This document shows, in pieces, positions 43,701 to 57,909 of a stretch of DNA of 64,000 nucleotides. The stretch is from Tubiluchus corallicola. Lineage: Eukaryota; Animalia; Priapulida. Every line of letters starts with the position of its first letter. Within the stretch, counting starts at the first letter, position 1. Where the stretch lies: positions 186,001-250,000 of the forward strand of contig JAQGDQ010000111.1 in assembly GCA_030141605.1 (NCBI GenBank), in the 5' to 3' direction. The notes below the pieces were generated by a model. That model was not told the DNA's origin. It searched no databases and saw only the letters and a program-made list of their open reading frames with translations. Both the position numbers and the translations under genes were made by a program.

Positions 43701-46700
43701 TTCACTCAGTATTCTGTTTAATCCCAGTTTAATAAATGTCTCTTGTTTACCCAGCAGCTCGCTGGCATATCGTTTAAATCTTTGTGCGTGAATTTGTTGT
43801 CATGGAAACCGGGCATTTAAACAAAACTCGATTATTGCCTGCCAGAAATTTCCATTTCAATAATATCCGGCGTGCTGTTTTGTATTTTTTGCTTCGTTTG
43901 GTCGTTGATTCACACCACGTTAGTCTGTTGTTTGGCGATGTCATCCAACGAACACAGCCTGCTTTCACAAGGGTGTTTCTTGACATCTTGTAGATTGAAG
44001 GTCCCAAGGTGGAACCTTGTGGTACTCTTGTTTGCATAATATTATGTGCGCTTAATGCATTCTAGATGGTAAAAGTTGCAATTCTTAAATTTGTTCGACA
44101 GCTAAAAACAAACGTCGGGGTAAATACTAGTAGGACTGCCCTATAGGTAATCATTCGATATACCCGGATTAAAATAGCCTCCTTCCAGGCATGGCATAAT
44201 TATTTGAAAAAAAAATGAAGAATTGAACTTCATGGATACCTTCACTTTGCCCCAGTTTTCTCTTATTTTGAATGATACTGTTGTTAAACTGTTTGTTAAG
44301 AAGCCCTGTCATCGTGCTGCTCCCGAACAAATCTGACTGAGATCTCTGCAAATGTGCAACTGATTATGATAGCATTGGCAACAACGATAACAGTAATGAT
44401 GGTCATGAAAACGACGACGACGATGATAATGATGATGACAATGACGATGACGATGATGATTGGTGACGGTGCTTGATGGATGAGTAAATTATGTTTCTTC
44501 CAAACTTTCTGTCCAAGCTACATCTTAGGATCTAAAGTTCCTTGCCTCTCGCTGGGCGTATCAAGTCTTATTAAATTTTTATGACTGCAGCTGTACACAA
44601 TTCTTCACTCCAAGGTCGCCAAACTGGAAAAATTTATAAAGTGAAAATGAACAACAAACAAAATAAGAAAAGGGGATTGTGTCTTGTTTGTTTTTCTCTG
44701 GTCGTGTCTATTTTTCTTCGGTGTGGGAGGAAGGTGAGATGGGAAAGCTAGAATTGGAAGTAGTAGGCACAAGCATGGAGCAAAAAATCGTTGATTTAGT
44801 TCCAAGTGTTTGAAAAGCGTTTTTAGAAGTTGAAAATTTGAAAAAATTAAGCGATCACTTGTGTATAAAGTGATCTCAGAATATGGTCCGGCATCATTTC
44901 GTCAGATATGGGAAAAAGTTCTGAGCACTGACTTGTAGCTGAAATTTAAAATCATGGATCTCGCAAGTCTACCTTTGCATCGAGAATAATTAAAATATCT
45001 GTCAATGATCTCCATACATTTTTTTATCACCAATCCAATTAGTTTTCATGCAAAAGTTGAATAACTTTATCGTTGTCAAGTGGTATGTCAAGCTATCACC
45101 TATTTCTAAAATTTTGTTTCTCTTACAGCTTCGTTTCCAATATTTTCTGTTTTAGCAACCGTGTCTATTCTATGAGTGAAATAGTAAAGAAAGCGTTGAC
45201 ATCTGTTAGATCGTGTTTATTTAGATTAAATATTTTTTAATCGTGTTTTTGACTTTTCAAAATTCTCAGCTCTAAATCTGTTACCAACCCTTCTATCTTA
45301 ACATGATTAACTTCGTCCCGGTCCATAATATGAACGCTAAGACTTTCCATGGCAGATTATGCATTATTAGGTCATCACTTTTTATCCACGCCCGTACATC
45401 TCGACAAAATAAACAAAATTTTTGTTTATCTTTACTGCATGCAGAGTACACATGTAGTTTATCTAAATATTCTTTATCTGTCTTATTTAGCCGCTGTGTT
45501 TAACCCTTTCAAACTCTGGTTGAAATATTACAAATGGTAACTTATAGCAATGCTTACATAGTAATTATACGTTTTTCAAGTGGAATGTAAGGGCTCTAAA
45601 AGACTCCGTTTTGAAAATTGTGGATTAATTGAATCATGCCATATAGAACATCGTGACTGATTACTACTAAACATGGATTCCAGGGCAGTACTAGAAAGGG
45701 GTTCGCACATTCTCTGCTATTTACTAAACATAATTTTACAGATTATTTTAGCTAGTAGAGTACTGCAAGGGTCGGTTTTGTTTCCCTACATTTGCATCTT
45801 TGTATTGTAAAGTGAGTCTGCTTTTCCGTACAACCACCAATTAAGCATTCAGAGAGCAATTCCTGATCGCCTATTTTTATGATTATACTAAACTTCAGGT
45901 AATATTTTGATGTAAAAACTAAAAAAATGCATCGCGTCTGTACATTTAGGTAAGTTTTCCCAACAATAGTAGATTTGCTTTGACATTTGCATGTTTACTT
46001 GTCTACGTGACATTTATCCAGCCACGTAGATAATATTGAGTGATTTGAAGTTTAAAGATGATAAGCTGACTCAAAATTACCCCTTTACCTCTCCATACCT
46101 GACGCAGGCACGTTGTAAATTACACACGCTCTTGTTTACTTTTGTTTACATAGTTTATTTACCCATGTTAGTCGTATGTTTGTTTGGTTTATCTGGACAC
46201 ACCTGTCGCATAATTAGCCATTTTTTTTCGACCAAATTCCACGTTTAGGTTTTTTACTAATCCAGGGGCAGTTCCATGCTTTCAGAAATGGGGTGACGCA
46301 ATTGGCCAAGTGTTCACGGTACGAGCATAGCGACGAAAATTAAGGAACATCGGGCCTGTATAGTAAATGGGTGGGGAACTTCCTGTGCAACTGCTTGTGG
46401 ATGGACTCGCGTGCTATACTGCCCCTTATTATTTCTTTTATTGAAGTAAACTGTGTAGGCATTCATGTGAACATGGTTAGGGCGCGTTCTGCGATTCAAG
46501 GTTTTGTTTTAAAAGTGCTTCCGGTGCTTCCGCCGCTGTAAGTAAGTTCTCTATCAGATAGTGTGGAGTGCCTAAATGTATGAAAAACTAAAATCGTTTA
46601 ATTATAAACTATAGAGTTATTTAACTGAAGGTTTTAATGGATCTGCCACCATCTGCTACCCATGGATCTGTTTACTAAAATTCTACAAAGAAGTTTTGAG

Positions 46701-48590
46701 CTGAAATCTTTGTTTACTTAACGCTGAGTAGGAACAATGAGTTTGTGTGTTCTTGTTGTTGTTTCCCATACTTCTCATCCTCTGCTTCCGATGAGGATTT
46801 TTCATCTTGTTGACGTTGCCAGGAAACCAGTTTTCAATGCTGGATGGACTAAAATTCGAAAATGTCGCGTTGTTTTGGATGGCAAGGTGTCCTTACTTGC
46901 CTGATCCTTACTTGCTTGAACCGTTTTTTTTGGTGAAGGACTGAAGTGATCGAAAATTGATACTGAATGAACGAAATAGCCGAACGAACGAAGTTAGTAA
47001 ATAATTCGCAGACAAGGAAAGTAGTAAAAACCGTTTGAACGAATGCAAATACGGCCGAGCAAATGACCAAAAAAAAATACTAAAGGAATGTGAGTGAAAG
47101 AAAATGAATTGATGCCTGAATGAGAATGAGTGAGTGAATGAGTTTGAGTGAGTTGCTAAGCGAATAAACAACAAACACTCGAAGTTTGAAGTATAAATGC
47201 TTACATTGATGACGGAACTATTACTAATAAAATGAGTTGCCCTTTTTCTTTTTTGCAAGCAACAAAGAGTATTTGATACTAGCGACGCCTGTTGCTATAT
47301 ATGACTAATATTGTCAACTATGACATAATGTAGGCTCACTTTTAATTGAGTCATTTCGTTTCGAAAAATATGATAAACAATACGCTGCGCGGAATGCAGG
47401 AAAGGTAAATACGGATCAGTTTCACTTTCTAATTTGTAAGATCAATACTCTACTTTTGAGTAGGAATGATTGCTAAGTGATTGAAAAAAAGGGTAGGAAA
47501 AAATGGAAAGCAGTAATTATTATACTGTTTGGCATTCAACCTGACTGTTCCAGGTAAGGTTTAATGTACATGGTTGTGGCAGGACCAGAATCCGGCTAAT
47601 ATCTGGGTAAACTTATTAAGTGAGGTGCTGCTCCAACAGAAATTTCTTAAACACACTTGGACTTGCATACTTGCTTCGTCTACAAGAGAAAGTGCTGGAG
47701 CTATATGGCACGAAACTGCTGACAGGATTTTCCTGATGTCCACCCATCCATATACTAATTAAACCATGCTTAATTTCTATGTTTTATGTTTGTTTATTAA
47801 AATGACTGCGCGCTAAGGTAAAGTTACATGTTGTTTCCCCTTTTGCAAATATGATTGGTGATTTATACTGACGATTATCAATCGGGTTTTGTTTAAGTTA
47901 TCATGCATTGTTTTAATATTTAAGATGCTTTTCAATATTATAATTATTTTTTATTGTGAAAAGAACTTTGTTATACCACGATTACTTTGTGCTGAAGAAA
48001 ATGTGCTTTCACTGTCATTTTTTGTTACTTTTAATGTAATATTTTTAAATATTTGATGACTAGGTGCAATTGGTGAAATGAGTGATCCTTTGATCCTTGC
48101 AGAACACCAGATAAGCGTTATTAATTTATGACGTACTACTTGGCCTTGTCATTGACACTTGGGAGAGCTTGAAGACAGTAGTTTATATCACTGGCTTAAT
48201 TTTAACAGTTTTGTAAGAACCCAGATAGCTACGCATTTATTAATAGCCCATACAGCGTTGTTCTCAGCAACAGTCACGGCTTGTTTATTGCTCAAGGGCA
48301 GGCTTGTTTACCACTGCGTTGTTTGTTTACGTTCTGCATCTCGCCGGTTGTTTACTTCTGACTAGAGGCTAGTTCCCGCAGGAGCGAGTCGAGCTATTAA
48401 TATACTGGGAATGTTTGAAATCACGACAGTCTACTCTGTATCGCGTTCATATTAAGGCAAACATTTTGCCGGAAAAGACGCCATCAAATAAGCAGCTTAC
48501 ATCAAAGTGTCATTTTTATTATAATGCTGTCTTTTCCTGGTACCCAACTTTGATATGTTTATATCAAGTGCACCTTATACGTATATTCGA

Positions 48591-48962
48591 TAGGGGTGAG
48601 CATTCTCTATCAGAAAGCGAATTCGAATCTAACCGAATTTCAGTATTTCGAATTCGAATTAAATTCAAATTGAGTTTGAAAGATTTTCCATATAAGTTTT
48701 TGAACTACAGTAAAAGCGGTCTTACAAAGAACATTCATATTACTCAGTTTTGTTCTGCAGAAAAACCACTAATAATTTGTTTAAAAATTGTGCACGAAAT
48801 CGCAGCTGAACGGTGTTAATTGATGCTGTTTCAAACGTTTTATGATAAAGAACGTATGTGGCTGAAGTGCTGACTTATTCCATTTGTGTTTTTAAGATCG
48901 AATCGAATTCGAACTGAAAAAACGCGTTCGAATCGAATTCGTACGTTCGATGTTCACCCCTA
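48591..48962. mobile_element. hAT-like MITE (TAGGG termini), copy 2
   Basis: taggggtgagcat...atgttcaccccta ends; 8-bp TSD atattcga/acattcga (7 of 8 match); shares internal tgtttaaaaattgtgcac and gctgtttcaaacgtttt blocks with copy 1. Confidence 0.9.
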
Positions 48963-50046
48963 ACATTCGAGTACAAAGTGTCCTCATACATCATATATGT
49001 ATATATAATGTACATATATTTGCCTGTGTGTTTCTTGCCTAATCACGTTTTGGCTTCATAGGTGCGTGATTTCCCATTATGCATGTGATCAGGCAAGAAA
49101 CACACAAACAATGACACACACAAGCAAGAAACAAAATTTAGTCATCTGAAGAAACAGTGGATTTATTAGCTAATTAGTTGTCTAATATTTTGTAAGGACT
49201 TATTGTAATTACTTTCGACGGAAACTGACAGGCGCTGCTTTTCTTCGGTCGATGTGACGTCACTGGTGGAAGATTTGGCGTTTAAAATGAGAGCACCCAA
49301 GCTCTCATCGCAACTTTAAATGAGACGTCTATCACTTGTCATACGTTTATTACTAAATTCTTCTAACATTTTCCTCGAATATCTAAATAAGCCTAACTTC
49401 TCAGAAAGCTGTCTTTTCCTTTAAGCTCCAGCAGATTAGCGGGGTCTAGCTTTTTAGGCTTGGCGGTGGGACGCTTGGGAAATTGCAAACTAGCTATTTG
49501 TTTATTTGCAAAACAAACAAAAAGGTAACCAAAACAAAGAACGAATATAAAAAAATTGCCATATAATGTCGTCAAAAGTGTTTTAGCAGTATACATAGTA
49601 TTTATGTATTTATATACTATGTATATAATATTATATAGTATACTAAGTGGGGCTGTACCCATCAAACGCGACAGCCACGCAGCTGGACGTGGGGGGTGAC
49701 AGCTCTTCTAAACAGCGGGTTATTGACTAGTCAGGATGTTTACAAAATCACCACGTTTAGAGTAACGCACAACAGATACAAACATCAAGCAAACAACCAT
49801 TGTACAGCACATCTATGGAAAATTTCCTGTTTTTCTAGCTGATTTGTGTGAATATCGAACCACAACTGTTGCTGAAATTGCACTCCATAATGTTATCAGA
49901 CTAAACAAGTCTCGATAAACATTGGCCTGATGAGGCAATTATTAATAGTGCTCATAAAAATTTAACAGGGTTGGTGGTGTTATTGAAGCTGCAAAAAATC
50001 TATAATTATTACAAATAACGCTATCTTGAAAGAAAAAAACGTGAGT

Positions 50047-50362
<316 letters not shown>

Positions 50363-52002
50363 CATACAACTATCCTTTTCTTGAATTGTCTTTCTCATTA
50401 TTTCTTTTCTTTTGCTTGTTAGATCACTTACCATTATTACCAGGCTTCTATTGGGAAAGGTTGGATTTACACTATTGTACCCTTTTAGGGTTTTGCTGCT
50501 TTACATTTTGCCACCATTGAGCACTTTCGGGTTTTCAATACTTTTGTTTTCCCATGCACTACGTATTCCCACTATTGAAGTATTGGCACTTGTAGGTTGG
50601 CTTGTGGTCACTGACTTGGTGAAAAAATGACGATTTCGGCATCATTTCTCTTTTGTGCACTAATTTACTCATGTTTTGCTAAAATATCATTTTACAGCCA
50701 ACAAAATTAAGTTCACCAGCAAAATTAAAAAAGTTATTCGTCGTTGTTTAATTCATTCATGGAGCATGAAAAATGCTTGCTGTTTAGCATTAGACTTTGA
50801 AGTGCAGGTGAAGATTACTTGATTTTTGTTATACAGTAATTGAAATAGATACAATTTATTAAAATCTTGAGCTTGCGACTTACGAGTCTAAATCCTAGCA
50901 AATTCTAGCTGTCGTTTTTGTTCATCAGCCACTATTTTATTGCTTGCTTTATGTAGTTGATTTGGCGTTTGTTATCTAAATAGGCTAAACAAAACAACCT
51001 TTAGCACTTTGTTTACTTTCTGTCATGGTAAAAAAATAGTGCAAGGTTGCACCCCTGGGTACATGCGCAGCATATACAAGATGGGCATCAGACGGTTATG
51101 CGATAAAATATATACTAGTACTAACAGGTAAAAAAATCCCACAAAATAACAATAAAGAAATGCTTAAGCGATCACTAAAAAACTATTTTTTGCATTATGA
51201 TAATCTGCAGTCACTTCTAAAGCACAGAATTCACTGCAATGAAAATCGCGGAAAAAATATAGATCAGTCAATAAGTTCCGTAAAAAATGGAGGAAGGAAA
51301 AGTTAGAAATGTGGACTTACTGCGTCAGATGCAAAATATTAGATCGTCAGTTTACAGCTTTAAATATTAGTGTAAAACTAACTATACCCCTATTGAAAAA
51401 GTCAGACATACAAAAGAATTATAGAAAAATTTTGAACCCGCTCTCCGTCTTCATTACCATGGCTTCAGTGCCAATAGCGGAAGAGATATTCTTATAAATA
51501 TTTAAGATCGTCTACAATCAAATTTAAATTAATTGGCTTCCTTATTCTTTTGATATGTGCCATTCTGAGTTTGCATTACATTGCTTCAAAAATAATTGTG
51601 TACAGCAAAAATGACAAGTAAAGCCTTGTCATCTGCATACATAGCATAGTTGAATTTGTGTTTCCCCTAAAACAACTGGTATCCTGGCCTTTCTTCAGGG
51701 TCATTGTAGAATGAGCTTGTTGTCAGACTATAGTAGACTGCAAAAAACTCAAAAAAGTAATACTAATAAATTGTCAAAGTATTATGTTCTAAAACACAAA
51801 TTTATCTTTTCCACAATGAAGCTGATTGATTTTTTTTGGTACATTTAGAGAATTTACTATTTTGATTTTTGTTCCTGAGGCATGGTTTAGATCTGAATAT
51901 AACCTTAGTTAACCTAGCTGTTTTTTTCTTTGAGCACGCTTGTGACAAAACATGTATTTAAAAAAATCCTGTATGTATCAATCTGTGTGTTTTTCTTTCC
52001 AG

Positions 52003-52107
52003 CAACAATTGCAAGAACTGTATGATAAGCAAAGCAAGCAACTCATGCAACAGCTTCAGGAGCAGCTACAGTTGAACATGTTGCAACAGAATCATCTAAT
52101 GCAACAA
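52003..52107 (+). CDS. FoxP: FoxP coding exon, Q-rich (phase 0-0)
   Basis: ttttctttccag acceptor, gtaagt donor; QQLQELYDKQSKQLMQQLQEQLQLNMLQQNHLMQQ resembles FoxP [21 protein letters not shown]. Confidence 0.93.
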
Positions 52108-52734
52108 GTAAGTTTCTTCCAATTTCTTTACATTTAGATTGGATAAACATCAACTGGTTTTTACTAATTCTCTGGCATTAGATAGTACACTCATATCTCG
52201 GTTTGCCAGACAAAACCGAGCCAATATTTATCGATACTAAGCTAATACAGTAGATGCCATGGATTAGACTCACGTTAATGTAGAATCAATCGCCTAATTG
52301 CATCAAAAATGTCTAGTACTTGCCGGTCCCGACATACAAGCTACACATGTCATGACACACTGCTTGGTTGGTTACACTGGTGTCATGATGTAAAAACAAG
52401 GTGACAGCCCGTCAACTAGCAGTCAGCTTGAGAAACAATGGACTGTGTGTCTGTAGTATGCGGAACTTTTAGCGGTCCAGATTTTGTCCGATTTTCCTGA
52501 TATCTGTAAAAGTGATATAGAATCTGTGAATTATGCATTGCATTGCAACATTGCAACATTGCTCAGTGGTCAATGCAGTCTGCAATGCAAAAAAGTGCAC
52601 CTGCAAGTGAGCTCAACTGACCAAAGGCCTCTTCTGCTGCCCAACCAAGTGCCCGGTCATTTCATCACTTTTAATTTTTCGTACAAACTTTGTTAAGATT
52701 TCATTGTTCAAAACATAATTTTTTCTTTTCCCAG

Positions 52735-52882
52735 GTGAGTTCGGAGAAGAAAGGTAAGCAGGCTCAACAGCAGCTTCATCAGTTAGTGTTACAGCAGCAA
52801 CAGCTGATACAGCAGATACAGCTGCAACATCGTAACTTTCTTCTTGGTCAGGGAGTGCTTCCTCCGATACCGCTTCCCCAAG
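52735..52882 (+). CDS. FoxP: FoxP coding exon, Q-rich (phase 0-1)
   Basis: ttttcttttcccag acceptor, gtttgt donor; VSSEKKGKQAQQQLHQLVLQQQQLIQQIQLQHRNFLLGQGVLPPIPLPQ(G); phase fits both neighbours. Confidence 0.88.
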
Positions 52883-53929
52883 GTTTGTGTTCAAGTTTTT
52901 CCAAAGCCTTAGTTGGAAAATATACTAGTTTTACAGTGGTGATAGTATTGTTCATACCGAAACAAATCATTAAACTATCTGTTTGTTTTAAAAATTAAGC
53001 AGTTTTTACTCTGGTTAGTATAGAGATAGGGACCTTATGAGACTTTTAATTCACCTATCTTTGGAATTGCTTATAAAATACCTTGTTACCAGTGGTATTT
53101 GTGTAAGCTTTTGAGTGCGTTGGTTTTAGTTTTGCGTTAACGATTTGCATGTGTTTTTCAAGCTACTTTTATGTAATACGTTTATTTCGAGTACACAAAA
53201 ATAAATTATGTAGTTGTGTAAAGTTAATTTGTTTGTATAATACTTGTGATTCGTTTAAAATTATATCTAATTTAAGTATAAAATGTTATTCGTTGTACAT
53301 AGTGTGAAACTGGATTTAAAATATTTGTTATATGAAAATGTAATTTGTTGATCTGAGCCTATATCTATTGTATTTATATAATATTGCATGTAATAATATT
53401 TTAGAAGTAAAGAATTCTAGTATTAAGATTAAGATTATTTATCTCATTTAAAGTTTGACAGTGCATAATGGACATAATAATAATTTTAACAACTAAGCAA
53501 ATTAATAAGTATTCGTTATTGTTTATATTAAAAAAAGGTTGATTATATGGAGAAAGAGTGGCGAATTGCCATACAGTCAGCCGTCCCTATTTACAAATTT
53601 GATACGTTTTGCACATATAACTTGATTAGAGTTATAATACCATTATTTTTTGAAATTCATTCAATTTCAGTGTAATAAAGAAAAAGGTAAAAAAACGTTA
53701 ATGTAAAAGTAAAAACGGGCAAATTAAGCAAAAACAACGTTAAATAATATAACATAATAATAATGTAATATAACATGTGAAAAGCAGCTTTTTGTATAAA
53801 AGCATAATCATAACAAAAAAAATCGTGAAAAGTCCATTAAGTGAGATACTAGTAATAGATAATAATAAACTCACAGTAGATTGTATTAATAAACAAGTTA
53901 ATGAAATTTAAATTACGTAATTTCTTCAG

Positions 53930-54073
53930 GTCTGAGTCCCCAGGATATGCAAACAATATGGAAAGAAGCCATGGCCTCTGGTGCTAGCGAAAATGAAAAA
54001 TACTCAGTAAATGGCCTTCTAGGGAGTAGTGGAACTTCATCCCGGCTGTCAAATGGCATTCCGGAGTTTCCGG
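53930..54073 (+). CDS. FoxP: FoxP coding exon (phase 1-1; alternative in-frame end at 54079)
   Basis: tttcttcag acceptor; (G)LSPQDMQTIWKEAMASGASENEKYSVNGLLGSSGTSSRLSNGIPEFP, matching FoxP GLSPAEIQQLWKE; two phase-1 GT donors at 54074 and 54080. Confidence 0.88.
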
Positions 54074-55104
54074 GTAAAGGTAATAAACGACTTATGCTGT
54101 AGTCATGGTATGAAGAGTTCCCGTGTTCTTACATGCATGCTTCGTTGTTAGCGGGATGATGTGTTCTTTTGCTACTGTTGTATTTTTTGCGTATTATAAG
54201 TTGTTTACTTGTTTTTGAGAGTAGATTCCTTCTCTTGTTTTGGTCAACTTACCTGCCTAAGAGGTATAACTAACAATAGATAATAATATAATTCACGAAG
54301 AGTTGCTTGTTTTAATAATGCAATTGGTTAGATGAAAATTTAATCTCATGAGCCAAATATGGCAGTCACCAGAAGTAATGGACGAAAATTGGAGACTGTC
54401 AAGGAGACAAAGATTGAATTTCTCACCTGTCCGCTTTATACTTTAGCTGCTGATGCACACTTTTAGGTAAAGTTTCACCAATAAATGCAGCTTTGCTCGT
54501 ACTGTTAGCTCATCTCAGAACTTATTTTGTAAATGCATGCAAATATACAAATAAGTGTTTATTTATTTATACATTTATTTATTTGCAAACTTCTGCATCT
54601 GTAAGTGTGCTAGCGTCCTGTACTAGTAAAAAGAATAGGTAGTCTACAACAGGAAAGTCAAAAGTGATATAAGTGTTCACTACCATTTCTCTAGAAATTA
54701 ATATATTCATTACATTTATTAACAGACTAAGCATTTAAGTAATTAAACATTTAGATTATAGTAAAATCTTCCGATAAAATGTTTTTTTCGTGAAGTATTG
54801 ACTGAATAGTAACATAGTTGTGCTACCTTTGTTTGGTATCACCACCGTGGGTCACCATGTTCTATGCAATGAACCTGCTGTTCAGAAAATGCACCAACAA
54901 ACCAGTCCCACATAGAAGACGTTTCAGTTCAAAAAAACAAGCCCGTCGTCCTTCACATTTTAACTTATTCGAAAATTTCGCTCGTCTCCGCAAACATTTT
55001 TTCTGCGTGGCTAAGAGCCATTGTGCTCCGGTATTGACACAAGACCTTACGAATGTATTTTATGAAAATATTGTTGCGACTGATGTGTGTTTGTTGCATT
55101 GCAG

Positions 55105-55210
55105 GTCACAATGACTCTCCAGTTTCCATCACCAATGTACTGTACGGACACGGAGTGTGTCGGTGGCCCGGGTGTGACACAACATGCAAAGACGAGAATG
55201 CCTTTCTAAC
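55105..55210 (+). CDS. FoxP: FoxP coding exon, N-half of C2H2 zinc finger (phase 1-2)
   Basis: ttgcag acceptor, gtaaat donor; (G)HNDSPVSITNVLYGHGVCRWPGCDTTCKDENAFL, the diagnostic FoxP LYGHGVCKWPGC motif. Confidence 0.96.
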
Positions 55211-56107
55211 GTAAATACAAACTAAAACTATTTAATAGAAAACTATTCTGCTGCTACTAATGATATCCTTATGTTGATGCAAAACAACTTATGAAACCTG
55301 TTTTTTTCTATTTGGCCTCTTATCTGTGAAATTCTCACTAGAAAATGTGTTCCAGTAAGTGCAGCGCATAGTTGTAAGCATTCTGTTTTTTGGGAATAGT
55401 GTTCCAATCTTGTTTTTCTGACTGTACCTCACTGTGAGTGTAAAAAAACGGGCATTTGGGTGTTTGTTTAAAATAAACAGGAAGTTGAAACTATTTACAT
55501 ACGTAATTATCGATGAATAAAAATTTTTGGCTTAGTATGCAAACTACTTTCTCGTAATTTGTCAACGACCAACTCATCATTAGCATGTTACTTGATTTTT
55601 TCCAGTTTTGGGAATACTGACTATATTTAGTATTATTGTTTTTAATAGTGCAACAACACTTTGTCCAATTTTGATGTGATAAAATTTGATAGCACTGTTG
55701 TTGTTATTGCTGATTCTTTGTCATCGATACGTCGTTAATTAACGATTAGTACGTAAAAATTTCATAAATCAAAATTGAAGCTTTTAAGCCTGTTGTAAAT
55801 TAGATGCCTGTTCATACTGATGTACTTTGCAATTGTAATTAATAAATTGATAATGCATGCCAAATTTTGTATTTCTTTATGTATCCTGCAACAACATTTT
55901 TGCTATAGTTCATTTTTTGCAAAACAAGTACCGTGTGGAATTCACTTGCAGCATCATGTTTTCTTCCTCTGATCTATGAGGAATGACAACATTAATTATT
56001 TTAATCTTCTCAAATTGAACCTCGTATTGCCGTGAGGTGCGGCATTACACCTATGATTTAACTGCTTTAATTGTTTGTGGTGTACTAAGTTGAAAGTTGT
56101 ATTTTAG

Positions 56108-56195
56108 GCATCTCAATGAGGAGCATCAACTGGATGATCGGAGTACAGCACAAGCCCGTGTTCAAATGCAGGTTGTTAATCAGCTAGATTTGCAG
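56108..56195 (+). CDS. FoxP: FoxP coding exon, C-half of zinc finger and start of leucine zipper (phase 2-0)
   Basis: attttag acceptor, gtaggc donor; (T)[29 protein letters not shown], diagnostic FoxP [16 protein letters not shown] motif. Confidence 0.97.
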
Positions 56196-57505
56196 GTAGG
56201 CAGCACCATCTTTTTTCTCTATGACAAATGTAAACAATTCTGCTTTCATGCTTTTAGAACAGTGACTTTCTATGATGTGTTGATTATGTTGAATTTTACA
56301 ATGGACCACAATTTTTAAACGTTTATTAATTTTAACTGTTTGTGGTATGATAAGTCGACATGTGACCTATTTTTACAGTTTGTATATTTGCTTCGTCATG
56401 TAAGAATCTATAGTTGAAAAATTCATTCTGGGTAATTTCATCTGCTGTTCTGTAAGGGAGGCTGTATCAGCCTGTATGCGGTTCCGAAAATGACTAAGAC
56501 ACCTATGCCCGTTCAGTACCTCATCTAAGAGTATTATTGTGAATAATGAATTAGGTACCGGTCCTGTCACTATGACCTACACTGAATAGACCCTACAAAT
56601 GAGTGCTGAATCTCAGTTTGCAGGAAGTGTGTAAAAACTGCTTATTTTTTAATCGGAAAATTGACCTATTTTTTGCCATCTTATCACAAATTTTGTGAGT
56701 AGTTTCAAATGGTAAACCAGTTTTAAGAAGGTGAATGTAAAAATGATGTAAGAAGAGCAAGAGCATGATCGTTACCAAATTTGGCACTAGATATTACTCC
56801 CTCACCTGTCCTGACCTTTTCAACGAAACATTGTGTATTACCAAGCAGCAGTTTATGAGTTTTGTGATGGGGGGCAATGTGGGAAAATCCACGTAAGTGA
56901 TAACGTAGTCACTTCATAAGTTATTTGTTCTGTGGCTTAGATCTCAATCTAAGATTCTTCAAAAAGTTATCAGAAAATTTACCATTGTCAAAGATACACA
57001 TACATTCCAAATGTCTTGTAAAATGTTTCTTTGTCGTAGCGTGACTTCATTATGTCACATTGATGCTCCAAGTCATTTCTCTTGACCTGGAGTGAACGTC
57101 ACCATTTCGGGTTGGTTGCGCAAATTTTGACTTTCAAGACTTTGACCGAGTGCAGTTATCAGCTGACAGGAAGCAGTTTGTGTTAACAGGAAGTGCCCCT
57201 TCCTAGCACGTAGCCATCACAGATCTGACCATTTAGTTGTAGTGCGGTTGAAAGTGATTCGGACGGGCTGGTTTCGTATTGTTGTGCGGCAAATACCTTT
57301 GCATCATTTCAGACACACAGGTGTGGTGTGCAGGTTGTTGGCATTTGGTTATGGTTCTGACTTTTCCTGTTAGATAACCATTTTATTGATTTTTTGATGA
57401 TGTATGTAGCATCATATTTTTAAGACTTGTAACTTTGTACCATGGTTTTATGGAGCTTTTAACACTTGCATATTTAACTTAATTCGATGCTTGTTTCTTT
57501 TCTAG

Positions 57506-57902
57506 CTGTCTAAAGAGCGAGAGCGATTACAAGCCATGATGCAACACTTACACATGAAACCACATCAGGGCTCTCCGAAATCTGAACCACCTCCCCCTCC
57601 TCCACCTCCTCCTCTCCTTCCCCAGCACTCGTTACCACCCCCAGTCAGCATTGCTAACCTAATGGTCATGGCGAGTGCTAGCAAGCCGCCATTAATTAAT
57701 CCATTGGCGCTGGTGTCCGCTTCATCCCCGGTGCAGCTTCCAACTTCCCCCGTGAGCCTCTCTCAGGCGAGCCCACCTCTTTCTTCTACGCCAAATACCT
57801 CCCTGACACCGGCAACTCCGTGCAATCCGCAAGCTAGCCTGTGTCACAGCGGACCAATCAGACGGAGGGTTTCAGACAAGGGCACTTTACCGATATCAGC
57901 AG
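57506..57902 (+). CDS. FoxP: FoxP coding exon, leucine zipper end, Pro/Ser-rich linker (phase 0-1)
   Basis: ttcttttctag acceptor, gtaagt donor; LSKERERLQAMMQHLHMKP...poly-Pro...NPLALVS...GPIRRRVSDKGTLPISA; 397 nt = 132 codons + 1. Confidence 0.96.
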
Positions 57903-57909
57903 GTAAGTA

